Shown here: positions 46,467-57,452 of the stretch, in pieces
Numbering within the stretch: the first letter of the stretch is position 1
Layout of the letters: the number at the start of each line of letters is the position of its first letter
The notes under the pieces: model-generated
What the model was told of the DNA's origin: nothing
What the model saw: only the letters and a program-made list of their open reading frames with translations
The model's database searches: none
Assembly (NCBI GenBank): GCA_002393725.1
Contig: DGTJ01000096.1
Location: forward strand, 952-64,951
Reading direction: 5' to 3'
DNA: 64,000 nucleotides
Source: Prevotella sp. UBA4339
GTDB taxonomy: Bacteria > Bacteroidota > Bacteroidia > Bacteroidales > Bacteroidaceae
Position numbers and translations under genes: made by a program

Positions 46467-48797
46467 TTAAATATTCGGCTCGTCCCAGATCTTGGTCTGA
46501 GTGCAGGCGGTGGAAACGGTCTGATTGCCAACCTTGAGGATGAAGTCACCCTCTTCGAGGGTCCACTTGCAGTCGGCACCTACGAAGGCGAGTTTCTTTG
46601 CAGGAAGCTGGAAGGTGACTGTCTTCACCTCGCCTGGCTCTAAGGATATCTTAGTGAAGTCACGCAGACGGCGGTTGTCAGGAACGATGCTGGCTACGAG
46701 ATCGCTCGAATAGAGCAGCACTGCCTCTTTTCCGGCACGATTGCCTGTATTCTTCACATCAACGGTGACGGTGAGGATGTCATCTGCCGTAAATGTGGAC
46801 TTGTCAACCTTCAGGTTCGAATATTCGTATGTGGTATAGCTGATGCCATAGCCGAAGGGCCACTGAAGTGATACCTTGGCATCGTAGTTGTAGGCTCCTG
46901 CCATCGTGCCTACTTCCTCGCTGACCTTATAGTCGTAGGTGTTCAGGGAGTTGATTTCGCGAGGGTAGGTGTAAGGCATCTTGGCAGAGAAGTTGGCATC
47001 GCCTGCAAGAAGGTTGGCAAGGGCATCGCCGCCGTAGTTGCCTGGGATGAGGATATCAATGACGGCTTTTGCGAGAGGCTCGATGTCTGCAATCAGACGC
47101 GGACGACCTTCATTGAGCACAAGGATGATGGGCTTGCCGGTCTTTGCAAGTTCCTTCACGAGGTTGCGCTGGTTCTCTGAGAGCCACAGGTCGCTGAGAT
47201 TGCCAGGAGTCTCAGTGTATGAGTTCTCTCCAATGGCGGCTATGATGACATCTGTCTGGGCAGCAGCGCTTACGACCTTTTCTATCTGGGGCTCGTTCTC
47301 GTCGTAGTAAGCTTTCTTCTCATTATATGTCACGCCCTGTTCGAGGATAATATTCTCCTTGCCGTACTTATTGCACAGAGCCTCATAGATGGTGTTGTAC
47401 TTTTCTGCGAGGTCCTCTGCATTAGAACCCTGCCAGGTGTAGCTCCAGCCTCCGTGAAGGCAGCGCATCTGGTTGGCATTCGGACCGGTGAGGAGTATCT
47501 TCTTCCCCTTGGCGAGTGGCAGGATACCGTCGTTCTTAAGCAGCACTTCCGACTCCTCGGCAGCCTGCAGGGCTTTTGCCGCAAACTCGTCGCAGCCGAA
47601 CTTCTCGAATCCCTTGCCGCCTGTGTTAGGCTCGTCAAAGAGGTTCAGGCGGTATTTCACGCGGAGGATGCGCCGTACGGCATCGTCGATACGGCTCATA
47701 GGCACCTTGCCCTCATTGACCAGCTCCTTAAGGAGTATGCAGAAGTCCACACTGTAGGGGTCCATCGACATGTCGATGCCTGCGTTGATGGCTATGCGGA
47801 TGGCGTCTTTCTTGTCCTTGGCAACCTTCTCTCGGGTGAAGAGGTTATTAATGTCTGACCAGTCGGTGACGAGCATTCCGTCCCATCCGAGGTCTTCCTT
47901 CAGCCACTTCGTCAAATATTCATAGCTGGCATGTACAGGAACTCCGTTGATTGATGCTGAATTGACCATCATCGTCAGTGTTCCGGCTAAGGCAGCGGCC
48001 TTGAACGGCTCAAAGTACTTCTCACGGATAATCTGTGGTGCAAGGTATGCTGGGGTGCGGTCTTTGCCCGACCAGGGAGCTCCGTAGGCGAAATAGTGCT
48101 TGGTGCTGGTGCCTACGTGGAAACGGTCGATATGGTTGGGATCGTCGCCCTGATAGCCCTTGATCTCTGCAGTCACCATCTTTGAGTTGACGATGGCATC
48201 TTCTCCGAAGCTCTCGTAGACACGAGGCCAGCGGGGGTCGCGGCTGAGGTCTACCACTGGATTGTACACCCACGGACAGTTGGCGGCACGGCTCTCGTAG
48301 GCTGTGATTTCTGCACCTGTGAATGCGAGGTCGGTATTGAATGAAGCTCCGATATTGATGGGCTGGGGGAAGAGCGTTCCTCCCTGGGTATAGGTTACAC
48401 CGTGATTGTGGTCAAGGCCGTACACATCAGGTATTCCGATATACTTCATCGACTTCTCCTGTATCAGCCTGATCCACTTCTGCCATTGCTCCACGCTTGC
48501 GGCACGGGTGGCAGGGGCATTGAGGATGGAGCCGATCTTCCATTTGGAGATAATCGTGTCGAGCATCGTCTCATTGAGAGTCCAGGTGCCCTTGCTCCAG
48601 TCGGTCTTGCCCATCACGTCGAGGTTGAGCTCAAGCATCTGGCCGATCTTCTCGTCGAGGGTCATCTTCTTGAGGGTCTTCTCAATCTTTGCCTCCAGCT
48701 TGGCATCGCGAGGGATGGCTGGGGTAACATTACTTTGGGCTACTGCGATACTCACTGCGCAGCCCATGATAACGGTCATTAAAGTCTTTCTCTTCAT
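46467..48797 (-). CDS. Glycoside hydrolase family 3 beta-glucosidase-like, with Fn3 domain
   Basis: [45 protein letters not shown]. Confidence 0.95.
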   Translation of the reverse strand: MKRKTLMTVIMGCAVSIAVAQSNVTPAIPRDAKLEAKIEKTLKKMTLDEKIGQMLELNLDVMGKTDWSKGTWTLNETMLDTIISKWKIGSILNAPATRAASVEQWQKWIRLIQEKSMKYIGIPDVYGLDHNHGVTYTQGGTLFPQPINIGASFNTDLAFTGAEITAYESRAANCPWVYNPVVDLSRDPRWPRVYESFGEDAIVNSKMVTAEIKGYQGDDPNHIDRFHVGTSTKHYFAYGAPWSGKDRTPAYLAPQIIREKYFEPFKAAALAGTLTMMVNSASINGVPVHASYEYLTKWLKEDLGWDGMLVTDWSDINNLFTREKVAKDKKDAIRIAINAGIDMSMDPYSVDFCILLKELVNEGKVPMSRIDDAVRRILRVKYRLNLFDEPNTGGKGFEKFGCDEFAAKALQAAEESEVLLKNDGILPLAKGKKILLTGPNANQMRCLHGGWSYTWQGSNAEDLAEKYNTIYEALCNKYGKENIILEQGVTYNEKKAYYDENEPQIEKVVSAAAQTDVIIAAIGENSYTETPGNLSDLWLSENQRNLVKELAKTGKPIILVLNEGRPRLIADIEPLAKAVIDILIPGNYGGDALANLLAGDANFSAKMPYTYPREINSLNTYDYKVSEEVGTMAGAYNYDAKVSLQWPFGYGISYTTYEYSNLKVDKSTFTADDILTVTVDVKNTGNRAGKEAVLLYSSDLVASIVPDNRRLRDFTKISLEPGEVKTVTFQLPAKKLAFVGADCKWTLEEGDFILKVGNQTVSTACTQTKIWDEPNI

Positions 48798-48897
48798 AAT
48801 TCGTTTTTAATTATTTCATAATTTTGGGGTCAAAGTTACGACTTTTTTTCCAAAGACAATAGCGTTTTGACAAAAAAAGTGTATCTTTGCATCAGAA

Positions 48898-49914
48898 ATG
48901 AAGAAAGGCACTGCATATTGTCTCGGATTAGGGGTGCTGATAATATTCCTCTTTATCCTTAATCTTGTGTTGGGGTCAATAAGGATTCCTGCACTTGATG
49001 TCTTCAGGATACTTATGGGCGATGAGGGTGAGAAGGCATCGTGGCGATTTATTGTCATGGAGTCACGTCTGCCACAGGCAATAACTGCTATGCTCTGTGG
49101 AGGTGCGCTGGCTGTTAGTGGTCTGATGCTTCAGACGGCTTTTCGCAATCCTCTCGCCGGTCCCAGTATATTCGGTATTAATAGTGGTGCCGGGCTCGGA
49201 GTGGCTCTCGTGATGCTGTTGCTTGGTGGAAGTATTTCTGCCGGGTCTGTAAGTATTTCTGGATTCGTTGCCATATTAATAGCGGCTTTCATAGGAGCAA
49301 TGTCGGTGATGGCCGTGATTTTCTTCTTCTCGAATATAGTAAGGAATAATGTGATGTTGCTTATCATCGGGATAATGATAGGGTATATCTCCAACTCTGC
49401 GATATCGTTGCTCAATTTCTTCGCTACCGACGAGGGAGTGAAGTCGTATATGGTGTGGGGCATGGGATCCTTCGGAGGGGTGTCGATGAAAACGATGCCC
49501 GTATTTGCATCCATCACTCTACTTGGACTTATAGGAGCGATGTTGCTTATAAAACCTCTTAATGCTCTTATGCTGGGCGACAGATATGCAGAGAACTTAG
49601 GTATAAACATCCTGCGCACCCGTAACTGGCTGCTGATAGTGACGGGGCTGCTCACCGCCATCACCACAGCCTTCTGCGGGCCTGTGGCATTTATAGGACT
49701 GGCGGTACCTCATATCGCCCGTCTGCTTCTCACCACAGACAATCATCGGGTACTTCTTCCTGCGACAATCTTATGTGGTGCAGTGATAGCACTGATATGC
49801 AACATGATATGCTTCCTGCCAGGCGAGGAAGGGGTTATCCCCTTGAATGCTGTAACCCCCATTATGGGAGCACCGGTTATAATATATGTTATTGCTAAGG
49901 GGAAATCAGCATAG
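48898..49914 (+). CDS. btuC: Cobalamin/iron-chelate ABC transporter permease (FecCD family)
   Basis: SRLPQA, FRNPLAGPSIFGI, LGDRYAENLG, GPVAFIGLAVPHIAR; next to the B12 locus. Confidence 0.85.
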   Translation: MKKGTAYCLGLGVLIIFLFILNLVLGSIRIPALDVFRILMGDEGEKASWRFIVMESRLPQAITAMLCGGALAVSGLMLQTAFRNPLAGPSIFGINSGAGLGVALVMLLLGGSISAGSVSISGFVAILIAAFIGAMSVMAVIFFFSNIVRNNVMLLIIGIMIGYISNSAISLLNFFATDEGVKSYMVWGMGSFGGVSMKTMPVFASITLLGLIGAMLLIKPLNALMLGDRYAENLGINILRTRNWLLIVTGLLTAITTAFCGPVAFIGLAVPHIARLLLTTDNHRVLLPATILCGAVIALICNMICFLPGEEGVIPLNAVTPIMGAPVIIYVIAKGKSA

Positions 49915-49918
49915 CTAT

Positions 49919-50455
49919 TTACCAATAAAGTTTAGACTTGTAGAAATATACGATTGATACGCGATAGTGAATATCTTTATTGTTTCCTGAGGTAAAGAGC
50001 TCGCCATATGTAGCATCGTAGAATTGTGGTTCTTTCATTACGAGAAATCGTCTGGCACAATCGCTCACCCAAAATGTAGAATTGGGATTGATGTGCATTG
50101 AAGCTTCTTCAAATTTGTCTATGAGATTCTGGTTATTGCGGATGATGTCTAAGACCTCCTTTAGTTCGCTTAACTTGGGGAAAGGATGGCTATAGTATGA
50201 ATCACCATACAATCCTTCTATCTTGTCGTCTTTACAAAATGGCTCGCCTTTCACCATCGTGATGGGTTCACTATTTATCTTGCCAAGCACTTTAAGAAGT
50301 ATACCCCGTTCATTGCCATTAGTTTCACGGATGCATACATATCTAGAGTTGACAAGGTGCTCGTATGCTGTCAATCCTCTTTTGCTCACTACCTTGCTCT
50401 CTCTGGGAAGTTTGACGATTTCGCCAATGTTCCAGTTAAATCTGTTCTTTTCCAT
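49919..50455 (-). CDS. Hypothetical protein
   Basis: 178-aa ORF with its own TACCTTTG box at 50693-50700 (minus strand). Confidence 0.65.
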   Translation of the reverse strand: MEKNRFNWNIGEIVKLPRESKVVSKRGLTAYEHLVNSRYVCIRETNGNERGILLKVLGKINSEPITMVKGEPFCKDDKIEGLYGDSYYSHPFPKLSELKEVLDIIRNNQNLIDKFEEASMHINPNSTFWVSDCARRFLVMKEPQFYDATYGELFTSGNNKDIHYRVSIVYFYKSKLYW

Positions 50456-50905
50456 TTATTGTTGTTTATATCATTCTCTTTTAGAAACTTTACGCAGGCT
50501 TATGGGTAATAAGAAAGCGCAGCCCTCACTCCATATCCCATTCAGGCTCGCACTGCCTCAAATCCACTATGGTTGAAGTCTACGCTAAGCGCATACTCCA
50601 ATATGGATTTGTCTTGCTCGTTTTGTCCTACTGAGGTGCGAATTCGAATGGGAATTGAGCAATTATGTCATGTCTCTTACGAAACCTGGGCACAAAGGTA
50701 CGAACAATTTGTGAGACCTCCAAGCATTTAACATTTTTTGGGGAGGCTCGATTTTTTAATGAATCAGTATAAAAAGGGATATTTTCTTACATTGAAGAAT
50801 GGTATTTGTAATGGTCCTTAAATTCGCTCTAGAGCGATTTTTTTAAGTAGATGGATTTTTTATAGGATTGTCCTCAAAAAAAGTTACTTTGCAGATATAT
50901 TGCTA

Positions 50906-52030
50906 CTAAGGTAAAACCAGTTTCTTAAAATATCGTTGTGGACGCAGGCCTTTAATCTCTGGATGTAGGATGCTGATGAAGTCGCTCAGCAGCCAGTCGG
51001 GATGGAAAGGTGTCTCTTCGTAGAATGGACCCTGCTCAACATTGCATCCGTAGGCCTCATGGTTGCGCCACGCCTTGAACTGGCTGTAGCCGTGATGATC
51101 GGAGAGCAGTTCGTCGTATGTGATGTCATGGTCACCGCTGTATCGGAACATCCATACGTCAGCCTCGCTGCCTTTCTCCAATACGGTCTCGAAGGGCAGT
51201 GAGATAGAGCCGCTATGTTCATCGGCCGACCAGGGGCTTGTGCCTCCTGCATCTTGTACCATCTGGCCGATGGTGCTCTTTCCTCCAGGGACATACCACA
51301 CGCTGCCGGTAATCTTGTCGAGCAATACAGAGGGGTTCTTCTTAGCTGTCCTGGCGATTGACTTCAGTGCCTGATAGCTGCTGTCAGTGACATTGAAGAG
51401 ACTGTCAGCGCGCTTCTCACATCCGAAGAGCATGCCATAGAAACGTATCCACTCGGCACGTGCCAGAGGAGAGGGCTCCATATACTCGGCACATTCCACG
51501 ATCGGTATGTCAATGTCTTCGAGTTTTCCATAGCCTCCACTGTTCTCGAAAGGTGAGAGGAAGAGTACGTCGGGCCGCTGGTCGATAATCTTTTCGATGA
51601 CGGGGCTCATTCCCTCGCCGACATCGGCAATGCGACCTTCTCTGACCTTCTGCTGAACCCATGGTATCTTTATGTATTTAAGGTCGGCTACCCCTGAGAT
51701 ACGGTCTTCAAGTCCGAACTCCATCAGCATAGCGCAATGCACTGTGGTAAACATAACGGCCTTGCGCACTGGTGTACGGATAATAGTGCCATTGGGAAGG
51801 TGGGGTGGAAGCTCTTGGTCGGAGGGGACAAGCACATAGCGATGAAGTGTCATCCCCTCTTTCCAAGGGTTTTTAAGTGAAGCCACTGCATAACCATCGT
51901 ATCTCACGACACTAAGTTGTGTGGCATACTTGAAAGTGACGGAGTCGCCCCCTGCCTCGGCAGAAGGAGTCTGGCTCCCTCTGCAGGCAGTGAGCAACAT
52001 CACAATAATAAAATAATTAACGTATCTCAT
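50906..52030 (-). CDS. btuF: ABC transporter substrate-binding lipoprotein (cobalamin)
   Basis: Lipobox LTAC; EYMEPSPLARAEW; FYEETPFHPD; lies in the riboswitch operon. Confidence 0.85.
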   Translation of the reverse strand: MRYVNYFIIVMLLTACRGSQTPSAEAGGDSVTFKYATQLSVVRYDGYAVASLKNPWKEGMTLHRYVLVPSDQELPPHLPNGTIIRTPVRKAVMFTTVHCAMLMEFGLEDRISGVADLKYIKIPWVQQKVREGRIADVGEGMSPVIEKIIDQRPDVLFLSPFENSGGYGKLEDIDIPIVECAEYMEPSPLARAEWIRFYGMLFGCEKRADSLFNVTDSSYQALKSIARTAKKNPSVLLDKITGSVWYVPGGKSTIGQMVQDAGGTSPWSADEHSGSISLPFETVLEKGSEADVWMFRYSGDHDITYDELLSDHHGYSQFKAWRNHEAYGCNVEQGPFYEETPFHPDWLLSDFISILHPEIKGLRPQRYFKKLVLP

Positions 52031-52048
52031 TTACAATATGAGCAATTC

Positions 52049-52819
52049 TTATTTCTCTATAACGAGGTCATCAATACAGATATAGGTTGGTGTGGTTACA
52101 CCCCAGTCGTTGGCCTTAGTACCTTCAAATTGGAATGAGATACTCTTTACGTTCTTGAAGGCATCGACGTCGCTAAGGTCACAGTATTGCCAGTCTTTTA
52201 CGTAGTCACCGTCCTTGGCAAGGTAGATTTCGTATCTGGCTCCGCTCATACCATCAACAGGAGTCGGGTAAAGCACACACTTGAACCAGTCGTTTGCCTC
52301 GAACTTGCCAGGAGTCATTCCGTCACCATTCAGGTATGCATTTGCTGTGTAGCTGCTGTTGGTAAACCAGAAGCCTTTCAGGGTAGCTCCATTAAGATTG
52401 ATGGTTTCTCCATAGGTCTGGACTATGCAGAAGTTCTTTCCGCCATGTGCCTTTCCTGTCACGTTATTGAACTGGTCAGGCATACCAGTAGGGGTAAAGT
52501 CGCCCATTGTGAACCCTTTTTCCGTACGGTTGGAGATAGCGTAGCCTGTCCAGTAGGTGCCTCCGAACGTTGTGTTGAACTCAGCACCGCCTTCCTTGTA
52601 GACGCAGGGATAGATCTTCCCACCCCATCCGGTGTCTGTACCGTTACCATTCTCCTCACCGCACCAGAAGCCCTGGGCATTGAGTGTTGCTCCTTCGAAA
52701 CCGATGGTAACTGTAGCCTTTCCACTGTCTACGGGATTGTCGTTACTACTGCATGAGGTAAAAGACATTGCGGCCCCGCATGCGATGGCTGCCAATGCGA
52801 AAAATTTGATTGTCTTCAT
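52049..52819 (-). CDS. DUF4465-like lipoprotein (BtuJ-like B12-binding candidate)
   Basis: Lipobox FTSC; WTGYAISN, FTNSSYT, WQYCDLS, TPTYICIDD. Confidence 0.75.
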   Translation of the reverse strand: MKTIKFFALAAIACGAAMSFTSCSSNDNPVDSGKATVTIGFEGATLNAQGFWCGEENGNGTDTGWGGKIYPCVYKEGGAEFNTTFGGTYWTGYAISNRTEKGFTMGDFTPTGMPDQFNNVTGKAHGGKNFCIVQTYGETINLNGATLKGFWFTNSSYTANAYLNGDGMTPGKFEANDWFKCVLYPTPVDGMSGARYEIYLAKDGDYVKDWQYCDLSDVDAFKNVKSISFQFEGTKANDWGVTTPTYICIDDLVIEK

Positions 52820-52845
52820 AATGTTTTGTTTTAAGTGAAACATGT

Positions 52846-54003
52846 TTATTTAATGAATAATTTCTTTCCGTTCTTGATATATATCCCTTTTCCTGGGGTC
52901 TTTACTCTTCTTCCTTGCAGGTCGTAAATCTCATAATGGGTCTGACCCATTGTAAGCTCATTTATTCCTGTGGCCTTACGGATGGCATCGAGGGATTCCT
53001 GAAGATGCATGTCCTCGGCTCCGGCAAACTCTGTTGAGGTCTCTCCCCACCATTCCTGTTGAGGGCACTTCTGGTTCAAACCGGTGTAAACTCTAACGAA
53101 GTCAATGAAGTCGAGGCTTACGGGCTGGCGGTTCTCATCCACGGCCCAAGCGATGTCGATACCACAGCCTTCATAGTTCCAGGAGTTGGTATCAGCATTG
53201 TCTGTGAAGTTTGGCAGATTGTCAGCATATCCATATCTGAATCCGATGAGTACGTAGTAATATGGACTCCAGCTGCTTTCCACCTTGTCAGAGAGATTCT
53301 GCATGTTGTCGGGCAGCCGTGTGCCTTTGAATGTAAGACCGTCAGGCAGCCACATGGGATAATATTCCTGTTCGTGATAGTGATTGCGGTCGATGGTGCC
53401 ACTGTTGCCGCGATTGTCGCTCCAGGGGATGTTGCCCATAGGATTCTTGCTGTAGGTTATCTCATAGTCATACATTACCTTTCCTGCACTGTCAGTATCG
53501 CAGCTGCCGCTTATCTCATACCAGGGGTCGTCGGGCAGACCGTTGCCGTTAGCATCCTTCGATACCATCACAATGCCCGCCTCGTTCATTCCCCCGAATA
53601 CCAGGTGACGCATCTCCTGATAGGCATTGCCCCATACGGCAAAGTCGCGCTGGCCGGGAATGTTGGCGATAGAGTGGTCGAAGTGGAAGGTGATATATCC
53701 TCCCCATCCGCCTAATGCCACGATGTGTGCATCGCCGTCGAGAATACTCTTTCCTGCCAGACTCTCACTGCACTTGCGTATCATGTCGGCCTCTGTATCG
53801 CCATCTTCATATTCCGGTACGTCATTGACATACTGTCCAGGGGCTGGGCGATACTCATCCACTGCCTTGATGTATTTGGAATGTTCAGTCACATTATCCA
53901 TGCGCTGGGCACTAAGAGGCAGAAAGGCAAAGAGGCAGAGGGTTAAAAGCCACCATCCAGCCTTTGTGAAAGTCAGTTCGTTTGTCATTATTATCTGTTT
54001 CAT
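52846..54003 (-). CDS. Cell-surface protein (BtuH-like candidate) with T9SS-type C-terminal domain
   Basis: YRPAPGQYVN, LGGWGGYI, GNA, EAGIVMVSKD.NGNGLPDDPWYE, GYADN, IDFVRVYTG; C-terminal IYDLQGRRV..GIYIKNGKK. Confidence 0.7.
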   Translation of the reverse strand: MKQIIMTNELTFTKAGWWLLTLCLFAFLPLSAQRMDNVTEHSKYIKAVDEYRPAPGQYVNDVPEYEDGDTEADMIRKCSESLAGKSILDGDAHIVALGGWGGYITFHFDHSIANIPGQRDFAVWGNAYQEMRHLVFGGMNEAGIVMVSKDANGNGLPDDPWYEISGSCDTDSAGKVMYDYEITYSKNPMGNIPWSDNRGNSGTIDRNHYHEQEYYPMWLPDGLTFKGTRLPDNMQNLSDKVESSWSPYYYVLIGFRYGYADNLPNFTDNADTNSWNYEGCGIDIAWAVDENRQPVSLDFIDFVRVYTGLNQKCPQQEWWGETSTEFAGAEDMHLQESLDAIRKATGINELTMGQTHYEIYDLQGRRVKTPGKGIYIKNGKKLFIK

Positions 54004-54012
54004 TTGTTCTTT

Positions 54013-55278
54013 TTACTTTTTTAAAAAGACGGCATGTGCAGGTATGTCACCTGTCTTTACTTTCCAGTCGAAAGTGCCGTCAGGAAGAAAATGGAGTAGT
54101 TCTCCGCTCGACACATAGTTCTTTGCATCCATGAGATAGAAATCGCGATGGATGGGGTTTACGATGATGCCGTATGGCATACGTATCTTCTGAATCTCCT
54201 GAGAGTCGGACAGACTGGTGCTGACTATCTTGTGGGTGCGTACGTTGATTATACCATAAGTAATAGTATTCTTCATCGTCACCTCATTATATTGGCTACC
54301 ATAGAAATACAGTGAGTCGCCCACTATACAGAGGTCACTGACCGGTTGGTCAAGATGTCCCACCACTTGCATCTTGCCATCAGCTCCTTTGCCTAACCAG
54401 TAGATCTTTGATTCAGACTCCATATAGTTGCCGCGTGATGTCACCCAGAGCTGGTCATACTTGTCTTTCCTTACCCTATGCAGGTTTGGAGCCACGACAA
54501 TCTTTTCTGTCTCCTGCATCCTGTCAAGGTCTATCACACTCAAAGTACTCTCATAGCCTTGACCCGTCATACCTTGGTAACCTCCGCTATTGGCAACGTA
54601 AAGCTTATCGCCTATAATAGCCATTTCTTCTGGTTGATAGCCTACGCTGCAGGAATCGACTTTTGCAAGACTGAGGGTGTCTACCTTATACACACTGCCT
54701 AATGGGCTGGTGCTGGTGGAATAGACAGCCCCGACGTATGAAGAGACGTATGCATATCGGTCGCTAAAGGTCACATATCTGCAGTTTGGTATATCTACCT
54801 TTCCTATCCTTATCGCATTGCTGGATTGTGCTACCTCTACCTTGTTCGAACAGTTAATGACAAGCCATAGCCTTGAACCATAGATCTGAATATCGTTGCC
54901 TACATCGCCAAGCATCATAACGGTATTCGGATTCCGTTCAGAATAGATGTTCCTTAAGTAATGAACAGTTGGTTCATTGCCAGAGAGATCGAGGTAGTCG
55001 AGGGTTGACTTGTTTGAACCCATATTACCTTCGTTGAGCAGATACATACCTACTATCTCACTCTTGACCACCTTGCCACCAGTGTTGATATCCTCCATCG
55101 GCACCACCATCACATCGTTGCGACAAGCAGACATCGATAGACAAATAGTAGTGAAGACAATTAGACATTTAGAAAGACAGACGAAAAGGTTGTATATCTT
55201 GACAGATTTGAATATCGGCAGAAAGGCAGATAAAAGTATTTGCCTGATTTGGGATACATATCTTTTTACATTCATCAT
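54013..55278 (-). CDS. btuG: YncE/beta-propeller lipoprotein (BtuG-like); start uncertain
   Basis: LLNEGNMGSNKSTLDY, LGDVGND, CRYV, VGYQPE, DAKNYVSSG; directly downstream of btuB. Confidence 0.75.
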   Translation of the reverse strand: MMNVKRYVSQIRQILLSAFLPIFKSVKIYNLFVCLSKCLIVFTTICLSMSACRNDVMVVPMEDINTGGKVVKSEIVGMYLLNEGNMGSNKSTLDYLDLSGNEPTVHYLRNIYSERNPNTVMMLGDVGNDIQIYGSRLWLVINCSNKVEVAQSSNAIRIGKVDIPNCRYVTFSDRYAYVSSYVGAVYSTSTSPLGSVYKVDTLSLAKVDSCSVGYQPEEMAIIGDKLYVANSGGYQGMTGQGYESTLSVIDLDRMQETEKIVVAPNLHRVRKDKYDQLWVTSRGNYMESESKIYWLGKGADGKMQVVGHLDQPVSDLCIVGDSLYFYGSQYNEVTMKNTITYGIINVRTHKIVSTSLSDSQEIQKIRMPYGIIVNPIHRDFYLMDAKNYVSSGELLHFLPDGTFDWKVKTGDIPAHAVFLKK

Positions 55279-55328
55279 TATACTATATTGTCTCTGTTTA
55301 AATGTCTATCTGTCTATTCGTATAGCCG

Positions 55329-57398
55329 TCAGAGGCAGCTGATTGTCAGTGTGAATGCGAAATTGCGCCCAGGCATCGGATAGTTGGTGATTACCTCATA
55401 ATCCTGGTCGAAAATGTTATTCACGTCGAGTTTTGCCCTGAAGAGTACATCATTCCAGTAGAAGCGATAGCAGAGGCTAAGGTCGCTGGTATACCAGGGC
55501 TCCATATGATTATATATGATGTTCTCCTGTTCGTCATATCGCTCCCCGGCATAGATGAAGGAATAGTTCAAGTCCCAATCCTTATAGTTCAGGCCGACGA
55601 TGGCTGAGCCAGAATGCCAGGGTATGTAGGGAATCTGGTGCCGATAGTAGGAGTCGTTGGGGTCTGTGACGTCACGTGCATCCTGATAGGTGTACTGCAT
55701 ACGGGTAGTTGCAACAAGATCCTTTCCTATCCGAAAGTCTGCCTCTGCCTCTACGTCGATTCCCTTGATGTGCACCTTGCCGAGATTCAGCATCGTCCAG
55801 CGGAACTGCTGCCCCTTTGGGTATGCTACAATCTTGTCGTGGATAGTGTTGTAATATGCGTCGAAGTGCATCTCTGCGTGACGTATCAGACCGCTCTCAA
55901 AATGCTTGTTGAGTGCAAACCCGGCATCATATTGCAGGGCACTCTCTGGTACGAGATTGGCATTCCCCATGTCGGTATAATATAGATCGTTGAATGTTGG
56001 CATACGGAAACTCTTCTTCACATATGCCCTCATCGAGAAGAAAGTGCCTTGGAAAGGATAGATATTCACAAAGAGTGCCGGAGTAAACTTCGAAAGTGAG
56101 TTCTTACTGTCCATTCCTGCGAAATCGCCTCTGCGGTGCGTTCTGTCGTTAATGAATGTGGCAAGAATAGAGCCTTGGGCTTTCAGATGTTTGTAGTCGA
56201 TAGCTGTGGCAAGACTTACGAGGTTGGATATTCTCGTAGGAAATGCGAAGTTGTATGTGTCAGCATTAAGTTTGTTCCATTTGAAATCGTAACTGAGTGA
56301 GGCACTCCAGTTGGGAAGTAGTTCCAGCACGTTTGCTGTAGAGAGATATATTTCCTGTTGCTTGTATCGGTTGTCAACGGGAAGCTGGGTCGTGTCTTTG
56401 TTGACGTAATGGGTATTGTAATATGCGTACTTGGCAAGCCATCGTGTAGAGAATCCTTCACCGATATTCTTGTCGAAAGCTGCTTGTACAAATGTGTTCA
56501 GGTCTTGCTGGCGCTCACCTCTGTGCCACACATTATTAACGATAGCACCAGGAATACCTCGGGCTGAATTATAGAGATAGCCCTTCACTTGCCAGCTGCC
56601 CTGATTAATACGTCCGAAGACATTTGCCTCGATGCGTTCTGCATGGATATCGCCATTATTTCTTACAGCAGTTGTATCCCAGGCTGTCTGACCGTTGGGA
56701 TAGCGGCGTTCATAATGGAACTTATATTTCCCGCTTGATGTCAGGAATCCGGCACTCAATGACGAACTTACTGTCTCTGAGAGTTTCTGTTCCCAGAGTG
56801 TTGAGAATCGGAACATGTCACTACTCCCATACTGAGTCTTGAATCTGAGGTTTGTATTCTCCATCCTCCTTTTAGCATTCTCCTTCCTCCTTCCTCCTTT
56901 CTCCTTACTCCCAAATTCTGGCTCTCTTGTACGAATATAAATCGCTCCGGCATTGCCGAAGTCGGAGGCGGGCTGGAAGATGGCGCTCTTCTGACCATTG
57001 TATAAGGTAACTTCCTCAATGTTGTCGAGCGAGAACTGGCCCAGGTCTATCTGCCCGTTTTGGGCATTGCCCAATTGGATGCCATCGTAGCTGATGCCAA
57101 GGTGATGGGTTCCCATTGAGCGGATATTGACTGTCTTAATTCCGCCAACACCACCATAGTCCTTCAATTGGATGCCGGAGAAATAGCGGAGGGCATCAGC
57201 AACAGAGTGGGTATTCAGTTTCTCAAGCATCTCGCCATTCAGCTTCTGACTCGGCACCACCTCTCTCATGGCAGGTTTAGAGACAACAACAACCTCGCGT
57301 ATATGTTGTACGGAGTCAAACCTGCTCTGAGCCTTTGTCGGAAGGCTTATGCAGCAAATCAGAACTGCCAGTGAGGCAGCAAGTCTTTCAATCTTCAC
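55329..57398 (-). CDS. btuB: TonB-dependent cobalamin receptor
   Basis: KDYGGVGGIKTVNIRSMG, RMPTFNDLY, YPMPGRNF; directly downstream of the B12 riboswitch. Confidence 0.88.
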   Translation of the reverse strand: MKIERLAASLAVLICCISLPTKAQSRFDSVQHIREVVVVSKPAMREVVPSQKLNGEMLEKLNTHSVADALRYFSGIQLKDYGGVGGIKTVNIRSMGTHHLGISYDGIQLGNAQNGQIDLGQFSLDNIEEVTLYNGQKSAIFQPASDFGNAGAIYIRTREPEFGSKEKGGRRKENAKRRMENTNLRFKTQYGSSDMFRFSTLWEQKLSETVSSSLSAGFLTSSGKYKFHYERRYPNGQTAWDTTAVRNNGDIHAERIEANVFGRINQGSWQVKGYLYNSARGIPGAIVNNVWHRGERQQDLNTFVQAAFDKNIGEGFSTRWLAKYAYYNTHYVNKDTTQLPVDNRYKQQEIYLSTANVLELLPNWSASLSYDFKWNKLNADTYNFAFPTRISNLVSLATAIDYKHLKAQGSILATFINDRTHRRGDFAGMDSKNSLSKFTPALFVNIYPFQGTFFSMRAYVKKSFRMPTFNDLYYTDMGNANLVPESALQYDAGFALNKHFESGLIRHAEMHFDAYYNTIHDKIVAYPKGQQFRWTMLNLGKVHIKGIDVEAEADFRIGKDLVATTRMQYTYQDARDVTDPNDSYYRHQIPYIPWHSGSAIVGLNYKDWDLNYSFIYAGERYDEQENIIYNHMEPWYTSDLSLCYRFYWNDVLFRAKLDVNNIFDQDYEVITNYPMPGRNFAFTLTISCL

Positions 57399-57452
57399 TC
57401 TTTACTTTTCATTTTCACTGTCACCTAACCCCAGAGGCAAACAACGATTACA

